DNA from: a virus | Taxonomy: Duplodnaviria; Caudoviricetes | Virus record (IMG/VR): IMGVR_UViG_3300029798_000001 | Direction: 5' to 3' (one strand) | DNA length: 64,000 bases | Position numbers and translations under genes: made by a program | Shown: positions 36,072 through 43,884 of the stretch, piece by piece | Layout: each line of letters starts with the position of its first letter | How positions within the stretch are numbered: the first letter of the stretch is position 1 | The notes under the pieces: generated by a model | What the model saw: only the letters and a program-made list of their open reading frames with translations | Databases searched by the model: none | What the model was told of the DNA's origin: nothing

Positions 36072-36401
36072 ATGTCACAAGACAAATTATTTACAGTAGC
36101 AGGTACAGCAACTAACGCAGACGGCACAGTTAAAGCTCGTTTCGCAAACGATTTGGTGGCTCGTATCAAGATTTTGAACAAAGCAGGTTGCACCAGTATC
36201 AACCTTATGGAATTGCCAAGTGCAATGACCAAACTCCAAGCTCTCCAGTATTTGGCAGAGCAAGGCGTTACAGGTGATGCAGGTTATGCTGTAGCCAATA
36301 AATTGGCTGAAAAGACCAAGCTCGCTAAGAAAGGCGAAGTAAAGGTCAAGGCAACCGCAGTTAAGCCAGCAGTTAACGCTGGCACTAAAGTAACAGCCTA
36401 A
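36072..36401 (+). CDS. Hypothetical basic-tailed protein
   Basis: Early promoter and AAGG SD. Confidence 0.7.
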   Translation: MSQDKLFTVAGTATNADGTVKARFANDLVARIKILNKAGCTSINLMELPSAMTKLQALQYLAEQGVTGDAGYAVANKLAEKTKLAKKGEVKVKATAVKPAVNAGTKVTA

Positions 36402-36534
36402 TAGGCAACAGGGGCAACCATAAGTCCCCTGGTATTAATTTTGTTGTTTGTAAGCACAGAGGCTTGATCATGCGTTATGTAACCGAAACAAACATTCCAG
36501 TAAACTCGAGTAAAGCTGGTGAGTTAGGCAAACA

Positions 36535-36846
36535 GTGCAGACAACAAAACTAATATCTTTAGTAATTCCGTTGGTATTATCCGGTTGTGCTGTGCCAGTT
36601 ATGGTATCTATGATAACTGGTGCCGCTAGTGTAGCAGTTAACGAAACTACAGGTAAAACAGTAACAGATCATACAGTAAGCACAGTTAATGGTCAAGACT
36701 GTCGAGTAAGCAGATCGTTTAATAATCAAGCCGTTTGTCAAGACGAAACTCCAATAAGTCCAGCGACAACGGTTACAACCACCGGGGTTACGCCAAGTTC
36801 AGTTGCAGAACTTGAAGCAAGATATCGACAGACTGCAAACAAATAA
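36535..36846 (+). CDS. Putative lipoprotein
   Basis: Lipobox VLSGC. Confidence 0.6.
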   Translation: MQTTKLISLVIPLVLSGCAVPVMVSMITGAASVAVNETTGKTVTDHTVSTVNGQDCRVSRSFNNQAVCQDETPISPATTVTTTGVTPSSVAELEARYRQTANK

Positions 36847-36849
36847 AGA

Positions 36850-36871
36850 ATTGCCCGAAAGGGCATTTTTT
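36850..36871 (+). terminator. Intrinsic terminator
   Basis: TGCCC-GAAA-GGGCA-TTTTTT. Confidence 0.8.
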
Positions 36872-36903
36872 ATGATTTTGAAATCTCAGCTAAGTATTTT
36901 AAT

Positions 36904-37134
36904 ATGTTTGATGAACTTGATCTCACTATCAGAGCTGCTATCCATAATCTCATGTTGGTTTTATATGAGCAAGGAATAACGGAAATCCATACAGGAGGAA
37001 TGATGCGCCTACTTGGAGTATCTGATGAAGTCGCCCAACAGTACGACGACGAGCGAGTAATTTTAGATGACAATTTTGTTAAATATGTAGAGGAAATTAA
37101 CACTCCTAGACCAGCAGACCAACCGTTACATTAA
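36904..37134 (+). CDS. Hypothetical late protein
   Basis: TAAGTA promoter at 36891. Confidence 0.65.
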   Translation: MFDELDLTIRAAIHNLMLVLYEQGITEIHTGGMMRLLGVSDEVAQQYDDERVILDDNFVKYVEEINTPRPADQPLH

Positions 37135-37376
37135 TGACCTTACCTACGTTTAAAAGCGGCGACGCCCTTTATACAGTAATCATACGAGATCCCGAAGCTC
37201 GAACCCGTTTAACAAAATGGTCTACTACTAGCCGCAGTATTCAATGTCGTGTTGAAGATAACCGTATGCACATCTATGATCATAATACCCTAAGTCTTTT
37301 TATGGTAACATGGGCACACAGTTGGGACAATATGGTTATTTGGGATCCGTGGACCAAACGGCATATTAACTTCTAA
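37134..37376 (+). CDS. Small protein, possible distant paralog-family member
   Basis: IYDHNTLSLFMVTW. Confidence 0.55.
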   Translation: MTLPTFKSGDALYTVIIRDPEARTRLTKWSTTSRSIQCRVEDNRMHIYDHNTLSLFMVTWAHSWDNMVIWDPWTKRHINF

Positions 37377-37449
37377 TTATTTCTTGACATACTGGCATTA
37401 TAGTGTATAATTAATAGGTGCTCGTGGCACTTATAATAAAGGAAATAGA

Positions 37450-37638
37450 ATGACAACTCATGAACAAATTGTAGAAGCATTTAATAACTACATTGCTGAA
37501 AACGAAAAATTCACATCAAAAGGCGTAAAAGCCGCAGCTGCTCGGGCAAGGAAATCTTTGCAGGAAATTGCAAAGGCGGTTAAGGTTCGCAGAGCCGAGA
37601 TAACAACCGAAAAAGAAGCACTATCAACAGCCAAGTAA
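37450..37638 (+). CDS. Histone H1-like Hc1-type protein
   Basis: KGVKAAAARARKSLQEIAK...RRAEI resembles chlamydial Hc1 KGNKAAAQRVR. Confidence 0.6.
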   Translation: MTTHEQIVEAFNNYIAENEKFTSKGVKAAAARARKSLQEIAKAVKVRRAEITTEKEALSTAK

Positions 37639-37647
37639 TACTGCTTA

Positions 37648-37667
37648 GGAATGGGGCAACCCATTCC
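37648..37667 (+). terminator. GNRA-capped hairpin after Hc1-like gene
   Basis: GGAATGGG-GCAA-CCCATTCC; weak U-tract. Confidence 0.5.
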
Positions 37668-37691
37668 AAGTTTCTATATTAAGGAGCCATA

Positions 37692-38174
37692 ATGGACCCT
37701 ACAAAAGAAAACACAGAATTAGATAAAATTCAAGCGCAATTCAACACAACCATGCTGAATAATACCGGTGCCTATACCGGAACAATTAGTACAGGCCTCA
37801 GCGAAGATACTATTACCTTGTCAAACACCGGTGGCGGATTTGCTTATCCTACCACCGTGATAGCAACTGGTGGCCCATATACTATTAGTGGCGGCACAGG
37901 TATTAGCCAGCCTTGGTATAGCACATCTGTCAGTCCAAAAATCAAGCTAGATGGCACCGGTGCTGACATCGAAGTCAACGGTTGGAGCTTGATTGATGCT
38001 ATCAAAAAGATCGAAGAACGCTTAAACATCCTAACTCCTAATACCAAATTAGAAGCGGAATGGGAAGAACTTCGTGCGCTAGGCGCCGAGTATCGTAAAC
38101 TAGAGCAACACATTAAGGACAAACAGGCTACATGGGACCGCTTGAAGGCCATGCCTCCACCTATAGTTGAATAA
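37692..38174 (+). CDS. Hypothetical protein with low-complexity N-terminus and coiled-coil C-terminus
   Basis: AAGGAG SD; IEERLNIL.PN.KLEAEWEEL. Confidence 0.7.
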   Translation: MDPTKENTELDKIQAQFNTTMLNNTGAYTGTISTGLSEDTITLSNTGGGFAYPTTVIATGGPYTISGGTGISQPWYSTSVSPKIKLDGTGADIEVNGWSLIDAIKKIEERLNILTPNTKLEAEWEELRALGAEYRKLEQHIKDKQATWDRLKAMPPPIVE

Positions 38175-38249
38175 TATACGCAGTTAACGGCAAAAACCTA
38201 TCAAAAATCATAGATTTTAGCCTTCCTGAACTAATAGGAACTAAGTATT

Positions 38250-38520
38250 TTAGAGAGTAGAAAAAACAACCAGGCTAACTTATGTTTAGCGGAGGATTAT
38301 AATCTTAGATCTACTCCACAACGGATGGCCAGTGCCGCAAAGCTGGTCCAGTTTTAAAGAGGACTTCGGAAATCCTCTTCATTGACAAATGGTATGAGCC
38401 CGGGTAAAGACAAAACCGCGCTTAGAGAGTATGGCACTGAGGCCCGAGGTCTTATTCTGTCTCCAGCTTAATCTCACCTGTCTTTGCACCCATCCTGGGA
38501 CTCCGCTGACACGCACAGTA
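38250..38520 (+). ncRNA. Candidate ~270-nt structured late leader/ncRNA upstream of cell-wall hydrolase
   Basis: After TAAGTA 38242; long-range TTAGCGGAG/CTCCGCTGA, GGATGG/CCATCC, AAAGACA/TGTCTTT; C(UUCG)G hairpin. Confidence 0.55.
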
Positions 38521-38539
38521 TTGCGATGAGGAGACGAAG

Positions 38540-39196
38540 ATGAAACTTAAAAACTTTCTTATATCGTTGTTAGTAGTTGGTAGTACCGCAGTAGTGGCAG
38601 AAGAAGTACAAGTAGCACAAGTAACATTTACAGATCAAATGATTAACCAGGCCAACACATTTGTTGAGCGTACAGTTAATATAATTGCAACTCCATTCTT
38701 ATCCGACAAGGATGTTGATTGTTTAGCTCGTAATATATTTTACGAGAGCGGCGGAGAATCAACCGAAGGCAAAATTGCTGTAGGTATTGTTACCGTTAAT
38801 CGCTCCCAAGACCCACGCTTTGGTAAGAGTGTATGCGAAGTAGTTAAAGCTCGCACAGTCGTTACAAAGACTCGCGAGGTCCGAAAGACCGAATTAGTCA
38901 AGGTCGGCTATTTTGGCAGCCCAGAAAAAATAACAACAGTACACACAGCCGTAGAACAAGTTCCGGTGTGCCAGTTCTCATGGGTATGTGGCGGCTATGC
39001 CAAGCACCCTAAATCCGATGATGAACGCTGGATAGAAAGTAAAGAAATTGCTGAAAATATTGCACACGGTGACTATGCAGAGTACCGTCTTAAGTACGGT
39101 GGCGCTATGTACTTCCATGCTACTGCTATTCGACCAGTTTGGGCAAAAACCAAGAAGTTTGTAACTAAGACTGGGCACCACTTATTCTACGAATAG
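38540..39196 (+). CDS. Cell-wall hydrolase (SleB/Hydrolase_2)
   Basis: Signal peptide; CLARNIFYESGGE, AVGIVTVNR, CQFSWVC, YFHA, HHLFY. Confidence 0.9.
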   Translation: MKLKNFLISLLVVGSTAVVAEEVQVAQVTFTDQMINQANTFVERTVNIIATPFLSDKDVDCLARNIFYESGGESTEGKIAVGIVTVNRSQDPRFGKSVCEVVKARTVVTKTREVRKTELVKVGYFGSPEKITTVHTAVEQVPVCQFSWVCGGYAKHPKSDDERWIESKEIAENIAHGDYAEYRLKYGGAMYFHATAIRPVWAKTKKFVTKTGHHLFYE

Positions 39197-39255
39197 GTTG
39201 ACCAACTATTCGCAATTTGTTATAATACTAGTATGAATAACAATTGTGAGTTAAT

Positions 39256-39651
39256 ATGACAATGCATCTTGAAGGACCTTGGTTAAGCACTACAGGTAAA
39301 AAGAAAGGCCCAAAAAAATGGGCCAGTTCCGAAGCCAAGAACTTAGCCAAGCAACGCGAATCCGAGTGGGACCGTAAGTTGCTCGAATTCGAAAAGATGA
39401 CGCCAAAATTTAGCACTGGACCTTATAATGCTCCTAAGAAATCTATCACAAATTACATGCCAAAAACTCCACCAGGCCGGGAAACGGCTCCGATACCTAG
39501 CCAAGATACTGGTTGGGTTACCTGCGTAAAACCCAAAGATACAGAATACACCGGTGAAAAATGTCTAGGAATTTCTGTGCTTCATAAGAGCAACGGAGTT
39601 CCGGTTTTTAGTCAAGAAGAGGTAATCTCCATAAGTAAAATGCGGAGATGA
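39256..39651 (+). CDS. Hypothetical basic protein
   Basis: After early promoter; LHKSNGVPVF. Confidence 0.65.
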   Translation: MTMHLEGPWLSTTGKKKGPKKWASSEAKNLAKQRESEWDRKLLEFEKMTPKFSTGPYNAPKKSITNYMPKTPPGRETAPIPSQDTGWVTCVKPKDTEYTGEKCLGISVLHKSNGVPVFSQEEVISISKMRR

Positions 39652-39680
39652 ACTATGACATATTTTGAAGGTTGGGACGG

Positions 39681-39899
39681 TTGAGTAAAGAAGATGTAAT
39701 TAAAATGGAAGGTGTTATAGCAGAAGTGCTACCTAACACCATGTACCGTGTTCAAATCGAAAACTTTGAAAAGCCTGTACTTGCCAATCTCAGCGGGCGT
39801 ATGCGTCAAAATAATATTAAAGTTTTAATGGGTGATATTGTAGAAATGGAATTTAGTCCGTATGATTTAAACCGTGGTAGAATTACCCGTCGCAGATAA
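39681..39899 (+). CDS. infA: Translation initiation factor IF-1
   Basis: TTG start; KEDVIKMEGVIAEVLPNTMYRV...SGRMRQNNIKVLMGD..EFSPYDL.RGRITRR. Confidence 0.95.
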   Translation: MSKEDVIKMEGVIAEVLPNTMYRVQIENFEKPVLANLSGRMRQNNIKVLMGDIVEMEFSPYDLNRGRITRRR

Positions 39900-39907
39900 G
39901 TAACAGT

Positions 39908-40462
39908 ATGACCAACGATATACGCACCACTATTGACCTAGTAGAACAAACTACTCGTCCAACTAAACTAGAAACCACTCTATTGCCCTATACCCATACA
40001 GCGTTAGAGCCTGTAATGAGTGCAGAAACTATTGAATATCATTACGAGCACCTGGCGAAAGGTTATGCTAAACGTTATAACGCTGGCGAAGGCGATCCTG
40101 ATTTTAACCGTGCAGGGTCGTATCTCCATAACAAATTCTTTCCACAACTTCATGCACCAAAAGGAGCAAATCGCCCTAAAGGTGCTGTATTAGAACTAAT
40201 TGAAACTAACTTTAAAACATATGAAGACTTTAAAGATGAATTTAAAAAGGTGGCCATGGCCGTCGAGGGATCGGGCTGGATATATCTCAGCACACAGGGC
40301 ACGATTAAAACAATCAAGAATCATGCGGTTAGACTCGATATCTGTGTTCTCGTTGATTTCTGGGAGCATTCATGGGCGACGGACTACCAGTGGGACAAAG
40401 AACGATATCTAGATAACATCTGGAAAATAATTAACTGGGACATTTGCAATGAGAGAATATGA
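39908..40462 (+). CDS. sod: Fe/Mn superoxide dismutase with N-terminal extension
   Basis: LPY..ALEP, HYEH, LHNKFF, GSGW, DFWEHSW. Confidence 0.9.
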   Translation: MTNDIRTTIDLVEQTTRPTKLETTLLPYTHTALEPVMSAETIEYHYEHLAKGYAKRYNAGEGDPDFNRAGSYLHNKFFPQLHAPKGANRPKGAVLELIETNFKTYEDFKDEFKKVAMAVEGSGWIYLSTQGTIKTIKNHAVRLDICVLVDFWEHSWATDYQWDKERYLDNIWKIINWDICNERI

Positions 40463-41220
40463 ATTATCAAAAGATCTATGATAGTATCATAGAAAATGCT
40501 AAACAGCGTAACTGGACTAGAAAAACAGCACCAATTTATGTTGAGTATCATCACATTGTGCCTAGATCGTTAAACGGCTCAGATAGTGCCGATAATCTTG
40601 TATTCCTAACGTATCAAGAGCATTTTCTTGGCCACTGGCTATTGTACAAATCGTCTGTGGGGATTAATAAATCTAAAATGGCAAATGCTTGGTTTCGTAT
40701 GTGCCAAAGTAATGAATTTCAAATTAGAAACAGTAAGCATTATTCAAAAGCTAGACAAGCATTTTCGGACAACAATCCGTTCAAAGATCCTGAAATAATC
40801 AAAATAGTTAAACGTAGAATGACTGATAATAATCCGATGAAAAATCCTAAAAATGCGGCTAAAGTAAGCAAGGCACTAAAAGGAAAAATGGTAGGAGAAA
40901 AGAATGGCTTCTATAATCAAAAACATTCAATACAAACCCTAGAAAAAATATCCGGCATAAATCATTATACACAAAAAGAAGGTTATGTAGCACCTGTTGT
41001 ATCTGCTGAAACTCGAAAAAAGCATAGTTTAGCAAAAAAAGGAAAACCTAATCCTACGATGTCGCAACTTAATCGAGATAAAGCTGCTACTTGGAAAATA
41101 ACTACTCCAGCCGGCGAAGAACTTATTATTAAGAATATAAACAACTGGGCAACTGAGCAAAAGATTAGCCCACATTGGTTATATAGAAATAGACGCGGAT
41201 ATAAGGCGGTAAAATTATGA
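40459..41220 (+). mobile_element. Free-standing HNH homing endonuclease with NUMOD3-like tail
   Basis: EYHHIVPRSLNG...NLV.L..QEHFLGH; GEKNGFY..KHS..T.EKIS. Confidence 0.85.
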
Positions 41221-41549
41221 TTGATATTAGAATTACTAACGACGCTATAAGTAAAATTAAGCAAATTTTAGAAGAGGAAAATAAGCCGGATCTTAAATTA
41301 AGAGTAGGAGTGCAAGGAGGTGGTTGCGCTGGTTTTTCTTATTTCTTTACCCTCGACGATACACAAGCCGAGGATGATTGGGATTTAGACATTGACGGTG
41401 TAAAAATCCTAGTAGATAGTATGAGTGGCGGCTACCTACAAGGCGCTGTAGTAGACTACAAAGAAGACCAGTATGGCTCTACTTTTAGTATTAATAATCC
41501 TCAGGCTGTAACCACCTGCGGTTGCGGCAGCAGTTTTAGCCCAGAATAA
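41217..41549 (+). CDS. IscA/ErpA (HesB) Fe-S carrier
   Basis: GGGCAGFSY, DSMS..YL, NP.A.TTCGCGSSF. Confidence 0.9.
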   Translation: MIDIRITNDAISKIKQILEEENKPDLKLRVGVQGGGCAGFSYFFTLDDTQAEDDWDLDIDGVKILVDSMSGGYLQGAVVDYKEDQYGSTFSINNPQAVTTCGCGSSFSPE

Positions 41550-41613
41550 ACAAAATACCCAAAATAGTCTAGAATACACCCTCTGCTAAATACAGTATGA
41601 GGACTCAAATTCT

Positions 41614-43881
41614 ATGACTCAACAGATCATCAATGTAGGACCAGCGGCCAACGATGGCTTAGGCGATCCTATACGAACAGCATTTATTAAAACCAACGAC
41701 AATTTTAGTCAATTGTACAGTATACCACAAGCAAGCCCACCGGCTACCTTAGAAGGAACTGTTGGCGATTTTGCTGGAATGTATGCTTATAGTTCAGCTT
41801 ATTTCTATTACTGTTTTGCTAATTACACAACAGGTAATAGTACCATTTGGGCACAAGTTACTCAGGTAGCAAATATCGCAGTTAGTACCATTTCAGATGG
41901 TACTAGCAATGTTAAACTAGTTGGTCTTAATGGTGATGCTACTATTAATATTAATGGCACCAGCAATATTGCGGCATTTCGTACAACCGGTGCATACATA
42001 ACCGGAGTTGTGAGTGCTACAGGTACTATCACTGGCGCCAACATTACAGGTAGTAATGTTACCGGAACTCGTATAGTTGGCGGAAATATATCATCAACTG
42101 GCAATATTGTAGCCACAGCCAATGCCACAGCCAATAATCTAGTGGCCGTTACAAGTATTACCTCGGGTAACGGTATGTCTAGTACGGGTGTTTATACAAA
42201 TATAACATTTGATGATGGTATTGTAATTGATTACAACCCTGCAACCAGCGATGCCAGAATTTCAACCGGTGTCGGCGACTCTATAACTTTTTATAACAAC
42301 GGCGTAGGAAATATAGCCATTGTTTCTTTTGATAGTAATGGTAATATTGTTACAGGTGGAACATTCCAATCAACTGGTAATATTATAACCAATGGCATAA
42401 TTAGTGCCGCGGGTAATATCATAACCGCAGGATATTTTGTAGGAAACTTTGTTGGTAATGTAACTGGTAACTTTGTGATTCCAGGATCCAATACACAGGT
42501 AATTTTTAATACCTCTGGTAGTGCAGATGCTGTAGGCGGTTTTACTTTTAACAAAGATTCAAACACAATGATAGTATTGGGCGTAGTAAGTGCCCGTGGT
42601 AATGTTATTGCTGGTAATGTTAATACTGGTGGGCAGATTACTGCCAGTGGCAATATTTTAGGTAGTAATTTAAATACTGGAAACATTGTTAGTGCAACAG
42701 GTAATATTTTATCTGCTGGTAATATTTCCGGCGGGAATTTATTAACCACCGGAATCCTAAGCGCCACTGGCAATATATATGGTGCTAATTTAATTATTAC
42801 TGGCACAGAGTCGGATACTGGTAACATCACTGGCGGGAATTTATTAACTGGCGGACAAGTAAGTGCCACTGGTAATGTTACCGGAGCATATTTTTCTGCT
42901 CAAAACGATATCAATGCTGGCGGCAATGTATCAACTGTTGGGCTTACTGGTAGTTCAGTTAGTATTTCCGGTAATGTAACCGGCGGGAATTTATTAACTG
43001 GCGGCGAAGTAAGTGCCACTGGTAATATCACCGGAAACTATATATTAGGAAATGGTAGTCAACTCTCGGGATTGCCTGCTACCAATCTCATACAAAATGG
43101 CAATAGTAATGTACTAGTTAGTACAACCGGCGGCAATGTATCAATTAATGTCAACGGCGTTAGTCCGATTATTACAGTCACACCACTGGGTCAGAATGTC
43201 TTTGGTGCGTTGTCAGCTTCGGGGAATGTTACTGTCGCTAACTTAAGAACCGGTGGATCAATTAGTGCGGCTGGTGGTGTTACAGGTGCAAGTTTAATTG
43301 GTACAATTACTACAGCAAGTCAAACGAATATTACCGCAGTTGGTACACTTGGATCATTAAGTGTAACTGGAAATGTGACCGCTGGCGGGTATGTTGGTGC
43401 TGTTTATACTAACAGTATTGTAAACACCGGATCAAATGCTACAGGCAACATCGGTAGTTCATCATTGTACTTTAATACTGTATTTGCCCAGGCAACTACA
43501 GCACTCTATGCCGACTTGGCAGAGTGCTATTTGGCCGATGCTGACTATGCTCCTGGTACTGTATTGAGTGTTGGCGGCAACAACGAAGTAACAATTAGCA
43601 CTACAGATGCAGACGCATTAATTATTGGGGTAGTATCTACTAATCCAGCGTATAAAATGAATTCTGGGTTAACTGGGGATCATGTCGTTGCTGTGGCATT
43701 AACCGGGCGTGTTCCTTGTCGAGTTGAGGGCCCTGTAACTAGAGGTGCTATGATGGTCAGTGCCGGTACCGGTCGAGCTCGTGCCGAAGCTAATCCAGCA
43801 ATGGGAACAGTAATTGGCAAAGCAGTAGAAGCATTTGACGGTGATATCGGAACTATTGAAATAGTTGTTGGAAGACTTTAA
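41614..43881 (+). CDS. Tail fibre with C-terminal peptidase-G2-like intramolecular chaperone
   Basis: INVG..ANDGLGDPIRTAF; GN(I/V)xGGN repeats; YADLAE...VALTGRVPCRV...VIGKA. Confidence 0.85.
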   Translation: MTQQIINVGPAANDGLGDPIRTAFIKTNDNFSQLYSIPQASPPATLEGTVGDFAGMYAYSSAYFYYCFANYTTGNSTIWAQVTQVANIAVSTISDGTSNVKLVGLNGDATININGTSNIAAFRTTGAYITGVVSATGTITGANITGSNVTGTRIVGGNISSTGNIVATANATANNLVAVTSITSGNGMSSTGVYTNITFDDGIVIDYNPATSDARISTGVGDSITFYNNGVGNIAIVSFDSNGNIVTGGTFQSTGNIITNGIISAAGNIITAGYFVGNFVGNVTGNFVIPGSNTQVIFNTSGSADAVGGFTFNKDSNTMIVLGVVSARGNVIAGNVNTGGQITASGNILGSNLNTGNIVSATGNILSAGNISGGNLLTTGILSATGNIYGANLIITGTESDTGNITGGNLLTGGQVSATGNVTGAYFSAQNDINAGGNVSTVGLTGSSVSISGNVTGGNLLTGGEVSATGNITGNYILGNGSQLSGLPATNLIQNGNSNVLVSTTGGNVSINVNGVSPIITVTPLGQNVFGALSASGNVTVANLRTGGSISAAGGVTGASLIGTITTASQTNITAVGTLGSLSVTGNVTAGGYVGAVYTNSIVNTGSNATGNIGSSSLYFNTVFAQATTALYADLAECYLADADYAPGTVLSVGGNNEVTISTTDADALIIGVVSTNPAYKMNSGLTGDHVVAVALTGRVPCRVEGPVTRGAMMVSAGTGRARAEANPAMGTVIGKAVEAFDGDIGTIEIVVGRL
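42832..43026. repeat. 45-bp near-identical direct repeat in tail fibre
   Basis: 42832-42876 vs 42982-43026, 2 mismatches (GGNLLTGG(Q/E)VSATGN). Confidence 0.85.
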
Positions 43882-43884
43882 ACT

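Noticed and set aside
36445-36500. tRNA (stem ending near TTCCA)
   Set aside because: Too short, no TTCRA T-loop, no D-arm or anticodon geometry.
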